A stretch of 64,000 bases of DNA from a virus. The notes beneath the pieces were generated by a model. It was given only the letters and a program-made list of their open reading frames with translations. It was not told where the DNA came from and did not search any database. Below, one piece after another: positions 11,000-21,920 of this stretch; the first letter of the stretch is position 1; the number at the start of each line of letters is the position of its first letter. The stretch lies in IMG/VR virus record IMGVR_UViG_3300024262_000020, positions 1-64,000 of that record; one strand, written 5' to 3'. The translations under genes and the position numbers were made by a program.

Positions 11000-11647
11000 A
11001 TGGTGAGTTTTTATCGTCAATTTGGTTCGTATAAAACTATAGTTGAAATAGGTGTGCAATTTGGTGAGACGACTGCGTTTTTGTGTGATGCTGCAAGAAT
11101 GACTGGTGGAAAAGTTTTTGGGTATGATTATTTTGAACCTATTGGTGTATATACAACACTTAATGCGCCACCAATGGATGTTGCGGAAAAAACAATTTTA
11201 AATTCTGGTGCAAAAAGAGATACTTTTAAATTAACAAAAGTAGATACAACTTCAGATGACTTTAATAAGATTTTACTACAAGATACCAATGGTGTAATAG
11301 ATTTCGCTTTTATTGATGGTGATCATTCGTATAATGGTGTTAAAAATGATTTTCTAAAAGTATATCCATATTTGATAGAGGATGGTATTATCGCATTTCA
11401 TGATACATATACTCACGCAGGTTGTAGAAAATTTGTTTTGGAATTATATAATGAACTTAATGATGGCACTTTTGATATTATAAATTTACCTTTTTCAGAA
11501 GGTGGACATGGATTGACAATTTTATCTAAAAGAAGTTATCAGAAATATCAAGTTGGTATTTTAACAGCACATGAAAAAGATATTTCTTATGATGAGATAT
11601 ACCGAAAAGAGAAAGAATGGTATTTAAAACAAACGAATAAATTATGA
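11000..11647 (+). CDS. Class I SAM methyltransferase (Methyltransf_24-like); 5' end possibly frameshifted
   Basis: VEIGVQFG, FAFIDGDHSY, GIIAFHD. Confidence 0.8.
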   Translation: MVSFYRQFGSYKTIVEIGVQFGETTAFLCDAARMTGGKVFGYDYFEPIGVYTTLNAPPMDVAEKTILNSGAKRDTFKLTKVDTTSDDFNKILLQDTNGVIDFAFIDGDHSYNGVKNDFLKVYPYLIEDGIIAFHDTYTHAGCRKFVLELYNELNDGTFDIINLPFSEGGHGLTILSKRSYQKYQVGILTAHEKDISYDEIYRKEKEWYLKQTNKL

Positions 11648-12609
11648 TGAGTAGATTTTATATCGGTCCGATGAGTAAAAATATTGTAGATTCAATAATA
11701 AATTTTTGTGAACTAGAAAAATATAATATTGGACTCATAGCATCAAGACGACAAATAGATTATGATAGTGGATATGTAAATAATTGGAATACATCATCTT
11801 TCTATAATTATGTTAAAGGTAAAACAAATAAAGTATTAGTTTGTCGGGATCACGGTGGTATTGGTCAAGGTGAATTTTATGATAACGGTTCAATATCATT
11901 CTATAATGATGTGAATTTAGATATTGTTCATGTAGATCCGTGGAAAAGATATCCTGAGGTAGATGATGCGATAAATGAGACTGTTGAAAGTATTAAATTT
12001 ATTCATCATATAAATAACAACTGTAAATTTGAGGTTGGTACTGAGGAATCGATACAATATTATTCTGCTGAAACTTTAGATTATTTTCTTAAAAGATTAC
12101 AAGATATGCTGGGTGACATATATAATAATGTTGTTTATGGTGTAATTCAATCTGGAACAAAGTTAATTGGTAGAGAAAATCATGGTATTTTTAATGAAGA
12201 AAGATGTAAACAAATGGTAAATGTTTGCCACACAAATGGTCTGTTAAGTAAAGAGCATAATGGTGATTATTTGACAAATCAAGAAATTAGAAAAAGATTT
12301 GATTTAGGTTTAGATTCAATAAACATTGCACCTGAATATGGTGTTTTTGAAACTCAGGTTATATTAGATAATTTGAGTGTGTATGATAAGCAAGAACTAT
12401 ATAATATATGTTTTAAATCTGAAAAGTGGGTTAAATGGTTTCCTACAGATTTTATACCTGAAGATAATAAAGAATTATTAGTAGAGGTTTGTGGACATTA
12501 TTTATTTGATAATGAGGATTTTAAAAAAATAAAATATAAAATTGTCGATATAGATAATAAGATTCAAGTTAAGTTATATGAGAAATTAAAAAATCTGAGA
12601 GAGATATGA
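11644..12609 (+). CDS. GatZ/KbaZ-like tagatose-phosphate aldolase/epimerase family protein
   Basis: IASRRQID..GYV, RDHGG, HVDPW, EVGTEE, KEHNGDY. Confidence 0.65.
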   Translation: MMSRFYIGPMSKNIVDSIINFCELEKYNIGLIASRRQIDYDSGYVNNWNTSSFYNYVKGKTNKVLVCRDHGGIGQGEFYDNGSISFYNDVNLDIVHVDPWKRYPEVDDAINETVESIKFIHHINNNCKFEVGTEESIQYYSAETLDYFLKRLQDMLGDIYNNVVYGVIQSGTKLIGRENHGIFNEERCKQMVNVCHTNGLLSKEHNGDYLTNQEIRKRFDLGLDSINIAPEYGVFETQVILDNLSVYDKQELYNICFKSEKWVKWFPTDFIPEDNKELLVEVCGHYLFDNEDFKKIKYKIVDIDNKIQVKLYEKLKNLREI

Positions 12610-13250
12610 TAAATAAAGATACGATGATTTTTGGGTCTTTTGCTGAAAATGCTGGTAATAACGGATGTGTGTTATTTAATTCACTTTTTGCTAAGTATAA
12701 TATTGATGCAATATATAAATCTTTTTCTGTATCAAACATTGAATATGCTGTAAGCGCTGCTAGAACTTTGAATTTTAAAGGATTTGCAATAACGATGCCA
12801 TTTAAAAAAGATGTTTTAAAATATGTTGATGAGATAAGTGAAGAAGTTCTTGAAATCGGTTCAGCCAATACTATATTGAATTATGATGGAAAACTTAAGG
12901 CTTATAATACAGATTATTTAGCCGCAAAAGCAGTTCTTGAAGTTGTTAAAGGTTTTTATACTAAAGATAGTATGTTTATTTTAGGTGAAGGCGGATATTC
13001 ATTGGCAGTTCAATATTCAGCAAAAAAATTAGGTATTGATTTTTCTATAATAAATAGAAAAAATTGGGAAAGTATAAAAGAAATAAAAGATTCCATTATT
13101 TTTAATTGTACACCAGTTACGAATATTTTGGTTGATAAATCTAATAAATTTATTGATTGTATCGTAGATACTGAAACAGGAAAAATGTTATCTAAAATTC
13201 AAGCATCGTATCAATTTGAATTATATACAGGAATAAAAATAAACAAATAA
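12606..13250 (+). CDS. aroE: Shikimate dehydrogenase-like protein
   Basis: GFAITMPFK, IGSANTI, AYNTDY, NCTP. Confidence 0.75.
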   Translation: MINKDTMIFGSFAENAGNNGCVLFNSLFAKYNIDAIYKSFSVSNIEYAVSAARTLNFKGFAITMPFKKDVLKYVDEISEEVLEIGSANTILNYDGKLKAYNTDYLAAKAVLEVVKGFYTKDSMFILGEGGYSLAVQYSAKKLGIDFSIINRKNWESIKEIKDSIIFNCTPVTNILVDKSNKFIDCIVDTETGKMLSKIQASYQFELYTGIKINK

Positions 13251-13251
13251 T

Positions 13252-13611
13252 ATGGAAATGAAAAAGACGATATTTCTTGATATTGATGGATGTCTAATAG
13301 AACACAAAGGAAACCTATCAACTCAAATATTATCTAAACCAACACTTTTACCAGGAACAATAGAAAAATTAAATGAGTGGGAAGCCGCAGGGCACAGAAT
13401 AATATTGACAACTGGTAGAAAGGAATCTATGAGAAAATTTACAGAACAACAATTATTAGAACTTGGAATATTTTATGACCAATTAGTTATGGGTTTGAAT
13501 AGAGGTGAACGAATAGTAATCAATGATGGTAAACCTGTTGGCGATATGGTAACCGCATCGGCAATTCAGATCAAACGTAATGAGGGAATCAAAAATATAA
13601 TATTAAAATAA
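13252..13611 (+). CDS. HAD-family phosphatase (capsule-type)
   Basis: IFLDIDG, IILTTGR, IVIND. Confidence 0.8.
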   Translation: MEMKKTIFLDIDGCLIEHKGNLSTQILSKPTLLPGTIEKLNEWEAAGHRIILTTGRKESMRKFTEQQLLELGIFYDQLVMGLNRGERIVINDGKPVGDMVTASAIQIKRNEGIKNIILK

Positions 13612-14612
13612 TGAGAGTCATATTTCAAACAAATCAACTAAGTGAACTCGGTACTGAAGTGGCATTATATGACTATGCCCATTATAATGAAGAATTTTTA
13701 GGTAACGAATCTTATATTTTAACAAAAGTTAAACATCATTTTCCACATAATGAGAAGATAATTAATAAGTTCAAAGATAGATTTAATTCTAGGGTATTTT
13801 TTTATGAAAATTGGAAACATGCAGAAGAAATTATAAAAGATTGTAATATAGATGTTTTATATACAATAAAGGCTGGTGTGAAAGATCAAGTTCTTTCTAA
13901 AAATGTTAAGACTTGTGTTCACGCAGTTTTTCAAATGTTTGAGCCTCACGGTGATGTTTATGCTTATGTTTCTAAATGGTTATCCAATAAGATGACAGGT
14001 GGTGAATATCCGTATGTTCCACATATGATAAATTTGCCTGATGTTAAAGGAGATATGAGAGAACAATTAAATATTCCTAAGGATGCCATAGTTTTTGGTA
14101 GATATGGTAATATTAATTCATTTAATTTACCATTTACTGTAAATGCTGTAAATAGGATAGTTGATGAAAGAGATGATATGTATTTTGTGTTTGTTAATAC
14201 TAGACAGAAATCACCCGAATGCGGGGTTGGTTTGAAGTCACATAAACAAATAATTCTTTTACCTGCAATAACAGATTTAAATGAAAAAGTTAAATATATT
14301 AATACTTGTGACGCATTATTACATGCTCGTTTAAATGGTGAAAGTTTTGGTATAACTATTGGGGAATTTTCAATAAAGAATAAACCTGTTTTAACTTGGA
14401 GTGGAAATAATGCACAAAAATATTATCGTCATAAGCATGACTATGCTCATTTACAAATATTAGGGGATAAAGGTATTGTATATAATGATGATAATGTGTA
14501 TGAAATTATTAATAAATTTAAACCAGATTCTACCAAAAATTGGGATGCATATTCTGAGTCATATTCACCATTGGTAGTAATGGAAAAATTTAATAATGTT
14601 TTTCTAAAATGA
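13611..14612 (+). CDS. GT-B (GT4-like) glycosyltransferase
   Basis: GTEVALYDYA, DALLHARLNGESFGITIGE. Confidence 0.75.
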   Translation: MRVIFQTNQLSELGTEVALYDYAHYNEEFLGNESYILTKVKHHFPHNEKIINKFKDRFNSRVFFYENWKHAEEIIKDCNIDVLYTIKAGVKDQVLSKNVKTCVHAVFQMFEPHGDVYAYVSKWLSNKMTGGEYPYVPHMINLPDVKGDMREQLNIPKDAIVFGRYGNINSFNLPFTVNAVNRIVDERDDMYFVFVNTRQKSPECGVGLKSHKQIILLPAITDLNEKVKYINTCDALLHARLNGESFGITIGEFSIKNKPVLTWSGNNAQKYYRHKHDYAHLQILGDKGIVYNDDNVYEIINKFKPDSTKNWDAYSESYSPLVVMEKFNNVFLK

Positions 14613-15454
14613 TAAAAGGACACTCAGGATTCTCAGTATTATTTGAAAATGATATTGTTATAAAAAAATCTAATTCAATTGATAATAATCAAAGATTGAG
14701 AAATCAAAAGGAAAAACAAGAGAATTTTCCAATCATTTATGATAATGTTGAAATTCCTGAAATTTTTGAAGATGGTTTTGATGAAAAAGGATTATATTAT
14801 TTTAAAATGAAATATTATAATAAACATAATTTTGTAAATCTTTTTGAAATCTCAAATAAGTATGATTTAAAGTATTTCACCGAAATAATAATAAATTTCA
14901 TCACCAAAAATATTAAATCTTCAAAAATTCAATTATTAGATAATGAATTAATATTGAAGAAATTTGCCGATATTAAAACTAAAATATCTAAAAATACTAT
15001 TTGTAAAAGAAATAATTATGTGATAAATGATTCATTGGTGATAAAATGTGTTCAAAACATAAAAGAAATACCATATGGTGTAAATCATGGCGATTTGACA
15101 TTATCTAATGTTTTATTTGATGTTTATAATAAGAAGATAATTTTGATAGATTTTCTTGATTCTTTTATTGAAACCCCATATAATGATATTATTAAAATGA
15201 AGCAAGATTCTGAAATTAAATGGAGCCTTAATCTTATAAATTTCGAATATGATTTCGTTAAAATAAATATAGTATTAGATCATATAGATGAAATTATTAA
15301 TAAAGAATTGAATATAGATAATGATATTTATCTATTATTTCAATATATTAACTTACTGAGAGTTATGCAATATGTTAATGATGATAAAATATTTAATTTT
15401 TTAAAAAAAAATATAGATAGGTATGAAAAACTTATTAATTCCAGTTGCGGGTAA
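14609..15454 (+). CDS. APH-like sugar kinase (capsule biosynthesis type)
   Basis: GHSG N-terminus, HGDLTLSN, LIDFLD. Confidence 0.75.
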   Translation: MIKGHSGFSVLFENDIVIKKSNSIDNNQRLRNQKEKQENFPIIYDNVEIPEIFEDGFDEKGLYYFKMKYYNKHNFVNLFEISNKYDLKYFTEIIINFITKNIKSSKIQLLDNELILKKFADIKTKISKNTICKRNNYVINDSLVIKCVQNIKEIPYGVNHGDLTLSNVLFDVYNKKIILIDFLDSFIETPYNDIIKMKQDSEIKWSLNLINFEYDFVKINIVLDHIDEIINKELNIDNDIYLLFQYINLLRVMQYVNDDKIFNFLKKNIDRYEKLINSSCG

Positions 15455-16475
15455 ATCTGAAAGATTTCCTGGTATGAGAAAGAAATGGATGTTGACACAT
15501 CCAAATGGTAATTCTATGTTGTTAGAATCGGTGAAAGGGTTAAATTTAGAATTTTTTGATAACATCTATATATCAGTTTTAAGAGAAGATTATGAACAGT
15601 ATAATGTCGATGAATTAATATTTAAAGAATTTCGAAAAATTGATGTTAATAAAGATAAAATACATATTTATATTTTGGAAGAGCCCACTAAAAGTCAACC
15701 AGAGACAATTTATAAGACTATTGTGGATAATAATGTTGAAGGATTTATTTTGATAAAAGATTCTGATAATTATTTTGAATTACCAAAAATAGAAGAAGGT
15801 AACACAATATCTATTTATGATTTAAATTTAATTGATAGTGTAAATCCAAGAAATAAAGGTTATGTTACTGTTGATAATGATGGATTTGTGAATAGTATTG
15901 TGGAGAAAAAAGTTGTTGGTTCGCTGTTTTCTTGTGGTGGATATATGTTCAAAGATGTTGAAATATTCAAAAAATATTATAATAAGGTTAATAAATATGA
16001 TAATATTTATTTATCTCATATTTATCAATCTATGATATTAGATGATATACCTGTGAAGGTGTTATTAGCAGACAATTATATTGATTGGGGGACTTTAACC
16101 GAATGGGATAATTATAAGTCTGAATATAAGACATTGTTTATGGATTTGGACGGTGTTATTGTTGAAAATTCGGCAGAATATTTTGAACCATATTGGGGTG
16201 AAACTGATGCGTTAAAAGAAAATTTAAAATATTTAAATTCATTATATGATGAAGGTAAAACCCAAATTATTATTACTACATCAAGGACTGAAGAATATAA
16301 AGAAAAAACATTAAAACAATTACAAAAAATTGGATTAAAATATCATAAGATTATATTTGGGCTTTTACATGCTAAAAGAATTGTGGTGAATGATTACAGT
16401 GCTACAAATAAATATAAGACTTGTGACGCTATAAACATTAAAAGAAACTCTGATGAGTTAAAAAATATGTTATAA
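15423..16475 (+). CDS. Nucleotidyltransferase + HAD phosphatase fusion
   Basis: IPVAGKSERF...KWML, DWGT, then LFMDLDG HAD motif. Confidence 0.75.
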   Translation: MKNLLIPVAGKSERFPGMRKKWMLTHPNGNSMLLESVKGLNLEFFDNIYISVLREDYEQYNVDELIFKEFRKIDVNKDKIHIYILEEPTKSQPETIYKTIVDNNVEGFILIKDSDNYFELPKIEEGNTISIYDLNLIDSVNPRNKGYVTVDNDGFVNSIVEKKVVGSLFSCGGYMFKDVEIFKKYYNKVNKYDNIYLSHIYQSMILDDIPVKVLLADNYIDWGTLTEWDNYKSEYKTLFMDLDGVIVENSAEYFEPYWGETDALKENLKYLNSLYDEGKTQIIITTSRTEEYKEKTLKQLQKIGLKYHKIIFGLLHAKRIVVNDYSATNKYKTCDAINIKRNSDELKNML

Positions 16476-16478
16476 AAT

Positions 16479-17333
16479 ATGAAATATACATTTGCACCAA
16501 TGATAAGTATGGATAATTGTGAAACTGATTATCTAACTAAAATTTTAAACAAGTTAGAAGATGTTTCTGATGATTATCATTTTATTGTTGCAAGGACTAA
16601 TAATCCACAAGAAATTGAGCAATTTAGAGGTACAATTAGAGACGGAAAAAAGAATGTTATGTTGATGTTGTCTGATGAGGCGGGTATAATTCCACCATTT
16701 TTAGATAAATTACATAAGGTTTTTAGAACATATAATCACAAACGATTATATGATGAAAAGAAAATATTTCCAATTCCTTGTGGTTATTGCGCACAACTTG
16801 GTATGAAATCTTTACCAAAACCAGAAAGTAAATATATTTATGCAGAGCAAGAACATAAACCTATTGAAGAAAGAAAATATGAATTATTTTTTTCTGGTCA
16901 ATTAGGACCAAATAGAAGTCAGATGGCTCAACAATTAATGATGATAAAAGATAATTTTAAATCATACGTACAAATAACTGGAGGGTTTGGTCAGGGTTTT
17001 TGTACTGAAGAGTATTTTAAGGTTTTAAATGAAACCAAAATAGCAATTGTTCCTAATGGTGCTGTTGTTCCTGAATCATTTAGATATTTTGAATCTTTTG
17101 AATCAGGTTGTATAGTTATAAGTTCATATCCTTTTGAGAATCCAAATTTTAATCATTGGTATTATCAAAATTCACCTGCGATAAAAATTAAGAATTGGGG
17201 TGATTTAACAATTGAGTTTATTAATACTTTGTTAGAAAAGGAGGACGAATTACACAAAAAGAGTAAAGAATATTATAACAACTACTTATCATCCGAATCT
17301 GTATCTAATTACATAAAAAATAATTTAGAGTAA
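16479..17333 (+). CDS. Exostosin-like glycosyltransferase
   Basis: FFSGQ, KIAIVPNG...ESFRYFESFESGCI. Confidence 0.6.
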   Translation: MKYTFAPMISMDNCETDYLTKILNKLEDVSDDYHFIVARTNNPQEIEQFRGTIRDGKKNVMLMLSDEAGIIPPFLDKLHKVFRTYNHKRLYDEKKIFPIPCGYCAQLGMKSLPKPESKYIYAEQEHKPIEERKYELFFSGQLGPNRSQMAQQLMMIKDNFKSYVQITGGFGQGFCTEEYFKVLNETKIAIVPNGAVVPESFRYFESFESGCIVISSYPFENPNFNHWYYQNSPAIKIKNWGDLTIEFINTLLEKEDELHKKSKEYYNNYLSSESVSNYIKNNLE

Positions 17334-17989
17334 TGAATTATATGTTATCTTTTCCAAGGAGCGCAAGTTCCTTTATTAGATATTGTGTTGAAAAAATAAC
17401 AAATAAAAAAACATTAGATTGTGGTGGACGTCATTATAGAGTGTATGGTAATTATGCAAATGGTGAACCTATTTTGAGAAAGGAACATTTTTTAAAAAGA
17501 GTTAACCTACCTGATGTTAGTGGTGTGATTTTAATTCTAAGGAATTATAAAGATGTATTTATTTCACATAATCTTAGAGATGTTCCATTATCAAATGTTG
17601 ACTTTATATATTCCCATTTAAATAAATCTGAGAAACACTATTTTAAAGAATATTATGGATTAATTAATTTCTATGAAACTTATAGAGGTAAAAAAATGTT
17701 ATTATACTATGAGGATGTTATTAAAAACCCTTATGAAACAATAAGAAATGTTCTAGATTTTCTTTTACCTGAAAATGATTATGATTTTGATGAGGAAACA
17801 ATATTACAATTTGAAAAAAGTTCCAAAAAGAATTATATGAGTTATGCGGGTTCAAAAAGTAGTGAAAAGAAAAAATTGCATACAATATTGACAGATGAAC
17901 AAAATTATGAATTTGATGAATTATTTAAAAGATATAATCAATATTTGTACGATAAGTATTTGATAAGATATTTATATAAAAATAAATAA
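17333..17989 (+). CDS. Sulfotransferase-like protein
   Basis: SFPRSASSFIR PAPS-binding loop, ILRNYKDVFIS, LYYED. Confidence 0.7.
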   Translation: MNYMLSFPRSASSFIRYCVEKITNKKTLDCGGRHYRVYGNYANGEPILRKEHFLKRVNLPDVSGVILILRNYKDVFISHNLRDVPLSNVDFIYSHLNKSEKHYFKEYYGLINFYETYRGKKMLLYYEDVIKNPYETIRNVLDFLLPENDYDFDEETILQFEKSSKKNYMSYAGSKSSEKKKLHTILTDEQNYEFDELFKRYNQYLYDKYLIRYLYKNK

Positions 17990-17994
17990 AATGA

Positions 17995-18999
17995 ATGAAG
18001 AAAGCATTACTTACAGGAGTTACGGGTCAAGATGGAAGTTATTTAGCAGAACTACTACTTGAAAAAGGATATAAAGTTTATGGAATTGTTAGACGTTCAA
18101 GTTCAATAAATACTAAAAGGATTGATCATATTTATGATAATCCCAATTTCAAATTATATTATGGTGATATGACAGACAGTTTATCAATTGATAATATAAT
18201 ACAAAAAGTTTTACCAGATGAAGTTTATAGTTTAGCCGCACAATCTCACGTTGCAGTTAGTTTTGAATTGCCTGAATATACAGGACAAGTTGATGCTATT
18301 GGAGTATTAAAATTGTTAGAAGCATGTAGAAAACATTGCCCAGATGCTAAAATTTATCAAGCATCAACCTCAGAGTTGTATGGTAAAGTTCAAGAGTCCC
18401 CTCAAACTGAAAAAACTGCGTTCCACCCGAGAAGTCCTTATGGTGTAGCAAAATTGTATTCTTTTTGGATTTGTAAGAATTATAGAGAAGCGTATGGTAT
18501 GTTCATTTCAAATGGTATTTTATTTAATCATGAGAGTGAACGTAGAGGTGAAACATTTGTGACAAGAAAAATCACAATTGGGTTGTCAAATTGGGTGAAA
18601 GGTGGTCCACCTATTGAATTAGGAAATTTGGAATCAAGAAGAGATTGGGGATATGCTCCTGATTATGTAGAAGGTATGTATAGAATATTGCAACATGACA
18701 CCCCTGATGATTTTGTTTTGGCGACAAATGAGACGCATACAATTAGAGAATTTGTTGAAGAGTGTTGCAAATATATGGATGTTGAACCTGAATGGCAAGG
18801 TGAAGGTGTTGATGAGATTTTGTTTGATAAAAAAACAGATAGAACGATGGTTAAAATTAATCATAGATATTTAAGACCTTCTGAAGTTGAATTATTGTTA
18901 GGTGATCCAACAAAGGCTAAAGATGTGTTGGGCTGGGAACCTACTGTTAAATTTAAGGAATTGGTTAAAATTATGATGAAAAATGATTTAAAAGTATGA
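17995..18999 (+). CDS. gmd: GDP-mannose 4,6-dehydratase
   Basis: [48 protein letters not shown]. Confidence 0.97.
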   Translation: MKKALLTGVTGQDGSYLAELLLEKGYKVYGIVRRSSSINTKRIDHIYDNPNFKLYYGDMTDSLSIDNIIQKVLPDEVYSLAAQSHVAVSFELPEYTGQVDAIGVLKLLEACRKHCPDAKIYQASTSELYGKVQESPQTEKTAFHPRSPYGVAKLYSFWICKNYREAYGMFISNGILFNHESERRGETFVTRKITIGLSNWVKGGPPIELGNLESRRDWGYAPDYVEGMYRILQHDTPDDFVLATNETHTIREFVEECCKYMDVEPEWQGEGVDEILFDKKTDRTMVKINHRYLRPSEVELLLGDPTKAKDVLGWEPTVKFKELVKIMMKNDLKV

Positions 19000-19754
19000 G
19001 AAAGATAAAAATGCATAATTTATATCATTTAGGTGATAATATTTATAGCTTAATTTTCATTAATAATATTATTGAAAATAATGATATTAATATTGAATAT
19101 TCTTGTAGACCTAATTATTTGAAAGAATTGGAATACCATAATTATAAAGATATTAAATTGTTTGGTATTCAACAATTAACAGATAGTGTTGATACGTGGA
19201 TACAAGCAAATAATGTTTGGGTGGAGTATTATTTGAAACAAAAAGATAAGGGAGAATATTATTATTATGATGAGTTTTATTTACATTTTTATAATGATTT
19301 AGCAAAACGAAACAATTTGAAACACACATTCAGTAATATAGAAGATACTTTTTATTATCATCCAGATTTAGAAGAACGTAGATATGATGATTATGACTTT
19401 TTTATAATAAATTCGCACGGTGGTTCTGGTCAATTTTCTTATATTCCAAATGATTTTGTTGTGTTAGCTAATAAGCTTAGAGATGTTGGTTATAGTGTAA
19501 TAACAACAGAGAAAATAAAAGGTGTTGATTCAACAATAGAAAAGGGTATGACATTAAAAGATATTGGAAATTTATCAATAGGTTGTAAAAATATTATTGC
19601 TGTTCATACTGCACCAATAGTGACAGCATTAAATAAAATATCATTCAATAGTGTTGATAATTGGATATTGCTGAATGATAAAAATATATCTTATAAAATG
19701 GTGAATATGAAAGTTTATGATGATGTAAAAAAAATAGAGATAGATGGATTTTAA
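18996..19754 (+). CDS. Hypothetical protein (possible GT9-like glycosyltransferase)
   Basis: HLGD N-terminal motif, IAVHTAP; context. Confidence 0.4.
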   Translation: MRKIKMHNLYHLGDNIYSLIFINNIIENNDINIEYSCRPNYLKELEYHNYKDIKLFGIQQLTDSVDTWIQANNVWVEYYLKQKDKGEYYYYDEFYLHFYNDLAKRNNLKHTFSNIEDTFYYHPDLEERRYDDYDFFIINSHGGSGQFSYIPNDFVVLANKLRDVGYSVITTEKIKGVDSTIEKGMTLKDIGNLSIGCKNIIAVHTAPIVTALNKISFNSVDNWILLNDKNISYKMVNMKVYDDVKKIEIDGF

Positions 19755-20382
19755 AGATTTATATGAAATAAATAGTGATGGTGTTATATATCAAAAAGAT
19801 ATAAAGAAATTACAAACATATGATATTGGTTATATTGAAGAAAGATATGATAAATATGGTATTTACAACGATGAAATGTCATTTCTACGAGTTGGATTTA
19901 TGTATGGTGTTATAAAAGATAAGATTGATAAGATATTGGATGTCGGTTATGGTAATGGCTCTTTTCTGAAAGTTTGTAATTTGTCAATAGATAATTGTTA
20001 TGGAAATGATGTTTCAGGATATCCTTTACCTAAAAACATAAAATTTGTTGAAAATATATTAGAAGATGAATATGATGTTATATCATTTTTTGATGTTCTT
20101 GAACATTTTGAAGATATCGAATTTGTGAAAGATTTGAAAACAAAATATGTATATTTGAGTGTACCTTGGTGTCATTTCTTTTCAGAAGAATGGTTTATGG
20201 GTTGGAAACATAGAAGATTTGATGAACATTTATGGCATTTTAATCCAGTTAATTTGGATAATTTTATGAATAGAATGGGGTATGAGTTAGTGTCAACACA
20301 TTCTAATATAGAGGATAGTCTTAGAAAACCTGAATTTGATTATGAAAATATACTAAGTTGTATTTATAAAAAAATAGAATAA
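19744..20382 (+). CDS. Class I SAM methyltransferase
   Basis: ILDVGYGNG, FFDVLEH, EHLWHF. Confidence 0.8.
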   Translation: MDFKDLYEINSDGVIYQKDIKKLQTYDIGYIEERYDKYGIYNDEMSFLRVGFMYGVIKDKIDKILDVGYGNGSFLKVCNLSIDNCYGNDVSGYPLPKNIKFVENILEDEYDVISFFDVLEHFEDIEFVKDLKTKYVYLSVPWCHFFSEEWFMGWKHRRFDEHLWHFNPVNLDNFMNRMGYELVSTHSNIEDSLRKPEFDYENILSCIYKKIE

Positions 20383-20383
20383 T

Positions 20384-21040
20384 ATGAATTATTTACTTTC
20401 ATATCCACGAACAGGTAACTCATTTGTAAGATATGCTATTGAGTTTGTTTCAAAAAAACCAACATATGATTATGGAAAGAATATTAATGACCAGTATGAT
20501 ACAGACATACGATATAATTTATCAACTAATTCAGGTTCATTTATTATTAGGAAAGAGCATTTCGTTGTGGATATACCAGATAAACCAGAAAAGATCATCC
20601 TCTTGGTGAGAGATTTTAAAGATGTTTTTATTAGTCATAATTTTAGATATGAAAAATTTGATAATGATAAAATATTAGAAAATTTTAAAGTTTCTATTGA
20701 TAGTTTTTGGAAAGATTATTATGAATTATTATATTTTTATGATATTTTCCCTGATGATAAATTATTAGTTTATTATGATGATATTTTTGAAACAGAAAAA
20801 TCCTTAATTGAAATCTTTAAATTTTTAGATATAACTGATTATAATGAATTTGTTGATAATTTTGAATATCATAAAGAATACTTTTTTGAGAAATATAAGG
20901 AAAAAGAAGGTAGCAAATCTGAAGGATTTTCCAATTTGTGTAATATTTTCACAAGTTCACAAGTGTCGTATATGAATGATTATTTTAGACGAGGAAATAT
21001 TCAACTTTTTGATAAATATTTAAAAAGATTTACATTGTAA
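20384..21040 (+). CDS. Sulfotransferase-like protein (paralogue of 17333..17989)
   Basis: SYPRTGNSFVR, LVRDFKDVFIS. Confidence 0.7.
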   Translation: MNYLLSYPRTGNSFVRYAIEFVSKKPTYDYGKNINDQYDTDIRYNLSTNSGSFIIRKEHFVVDIPDKPEKIILLVRDFKDVFISHNFRYEKFDNDKILENFKVSIDSFWKDYYELLYFYDIFPDDKLLVYYDDIFETEKSLIEIFKFLDITDYNEFVDNFEYHKEYFFEKYKEKEGSKSEGFSNLCNIFTSSQVSYMNDYFRRGNIQLFDKYLKRFTL

Positions 21041-21129
21041 GAGGTTTTAATGATGTCTATGTGGTTTATTGATGTCTGCCTACAATAATATATAAAAGCG
21101 TAACACAACTCACCTATATCAACCCTAGG

Positions 21130-21369
21130 TTAGTTTTTGCGTGTACGTTCTTCCTTATTTATTATACCGATATCATATTTGTACCAGGCTCTTTCGTGTA
21201 AATAATATAGTACCATTTTTATAATGATTTCAACTGCACCAGCACCTAAACTTAGTTCGAGATTTCCAGTAAAAGCTAAAACAATAAGTATGGTTGCTAT
21301 TGTCGCTATTATTCTCCAAGTAATAGTTTTTAATACATGTCTTTTATGTCTTATTTTGATTTGGCTCAT
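21130..21369 (-). CDS. DUF2061-like small membrane protein
   Basis: RHVLKTITWRIIAT...KMVLYYLHERAW; family commonly found next to cysC; start taken at MSQ. Confidence 0.75.
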   Translation of the reverse strand: MSQIKIRHKRHVLKTITWRIIATIATILIVLAFTGNLELSLGAGAVEIIIKMVLYYLHERAWYKYDIGIINKEERTRKN

Positions 21370-21407
21370 AATGATGATATATATAACATAAAAAGAGTTC
21401 ATATAAA

Positions 21408-21920
21408 ATGGGGAAAGTTTTATGGTTTACAGGTTTATCTGGTTCAGGAAAGTCAACATTAGCAGAAAATTTTAAAGAATATTTAGATTATAGTAATATG
21501 AGATCTATTATTTTAGATGGTGATATTATTCGTAAAGGTTTATGTGGGGATTTGGGATTTTCAAAAGAAGATAGAACAGAAAATATTCGAAGAATTGCTG
21601 AAGTAGCAAAAATATTAAGTAGTACTGATGACAATTATATTGTCATGGTGGCATTTATATCACCATATATTGAAGATAGAAATAATGCAAGAAAAATTAT
21701 TGGTGATAATTTCTTTGAAATATATGTTAGTGCATCATTACAAGTTTGTGAAGAACGGGATGTGAAAGGATTATATAAAAAAGCAAGAAGTGGTGAAATT
21801 TTAAATTTTACTGGTGTGAGTGATCCTTATGAAGTTCCTGAAAATCCTGAAATGATCATTGATACAGGTGTGATAACTATTGATGATTGTGTGAAGTTAA
21901 TTTCTAAAAGAATATTTTAA
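21408..21920 (+). CDS. cysC: Adenylyl-sulfate kinase
   Basis: WFTGLSGSGKST, LDGD..R, ENIRR, RDVKGLY, FTGVSDPYE. Confidence 0.95.
   Translation: MGKVLWFTGLSGSGKSTLAENFKEYLDYSNMRSIILDGDIIRKGLCGDLGFSKEDRTENIRRIAEVAKILSSTDDNYIVMVAFISPYIEDRNNARKIIGDNFFEIYVSASLQVCEERDVKGLYKKARSGEILNFTGVSDPYEVPENPEMIIDTGVITIDDCVKLISKRIF

Noticed and set aside
21041-21129. Intergenic segment with repeated GATGTCT
   Set aside because: Too short and weakly structured to support an RNA call.
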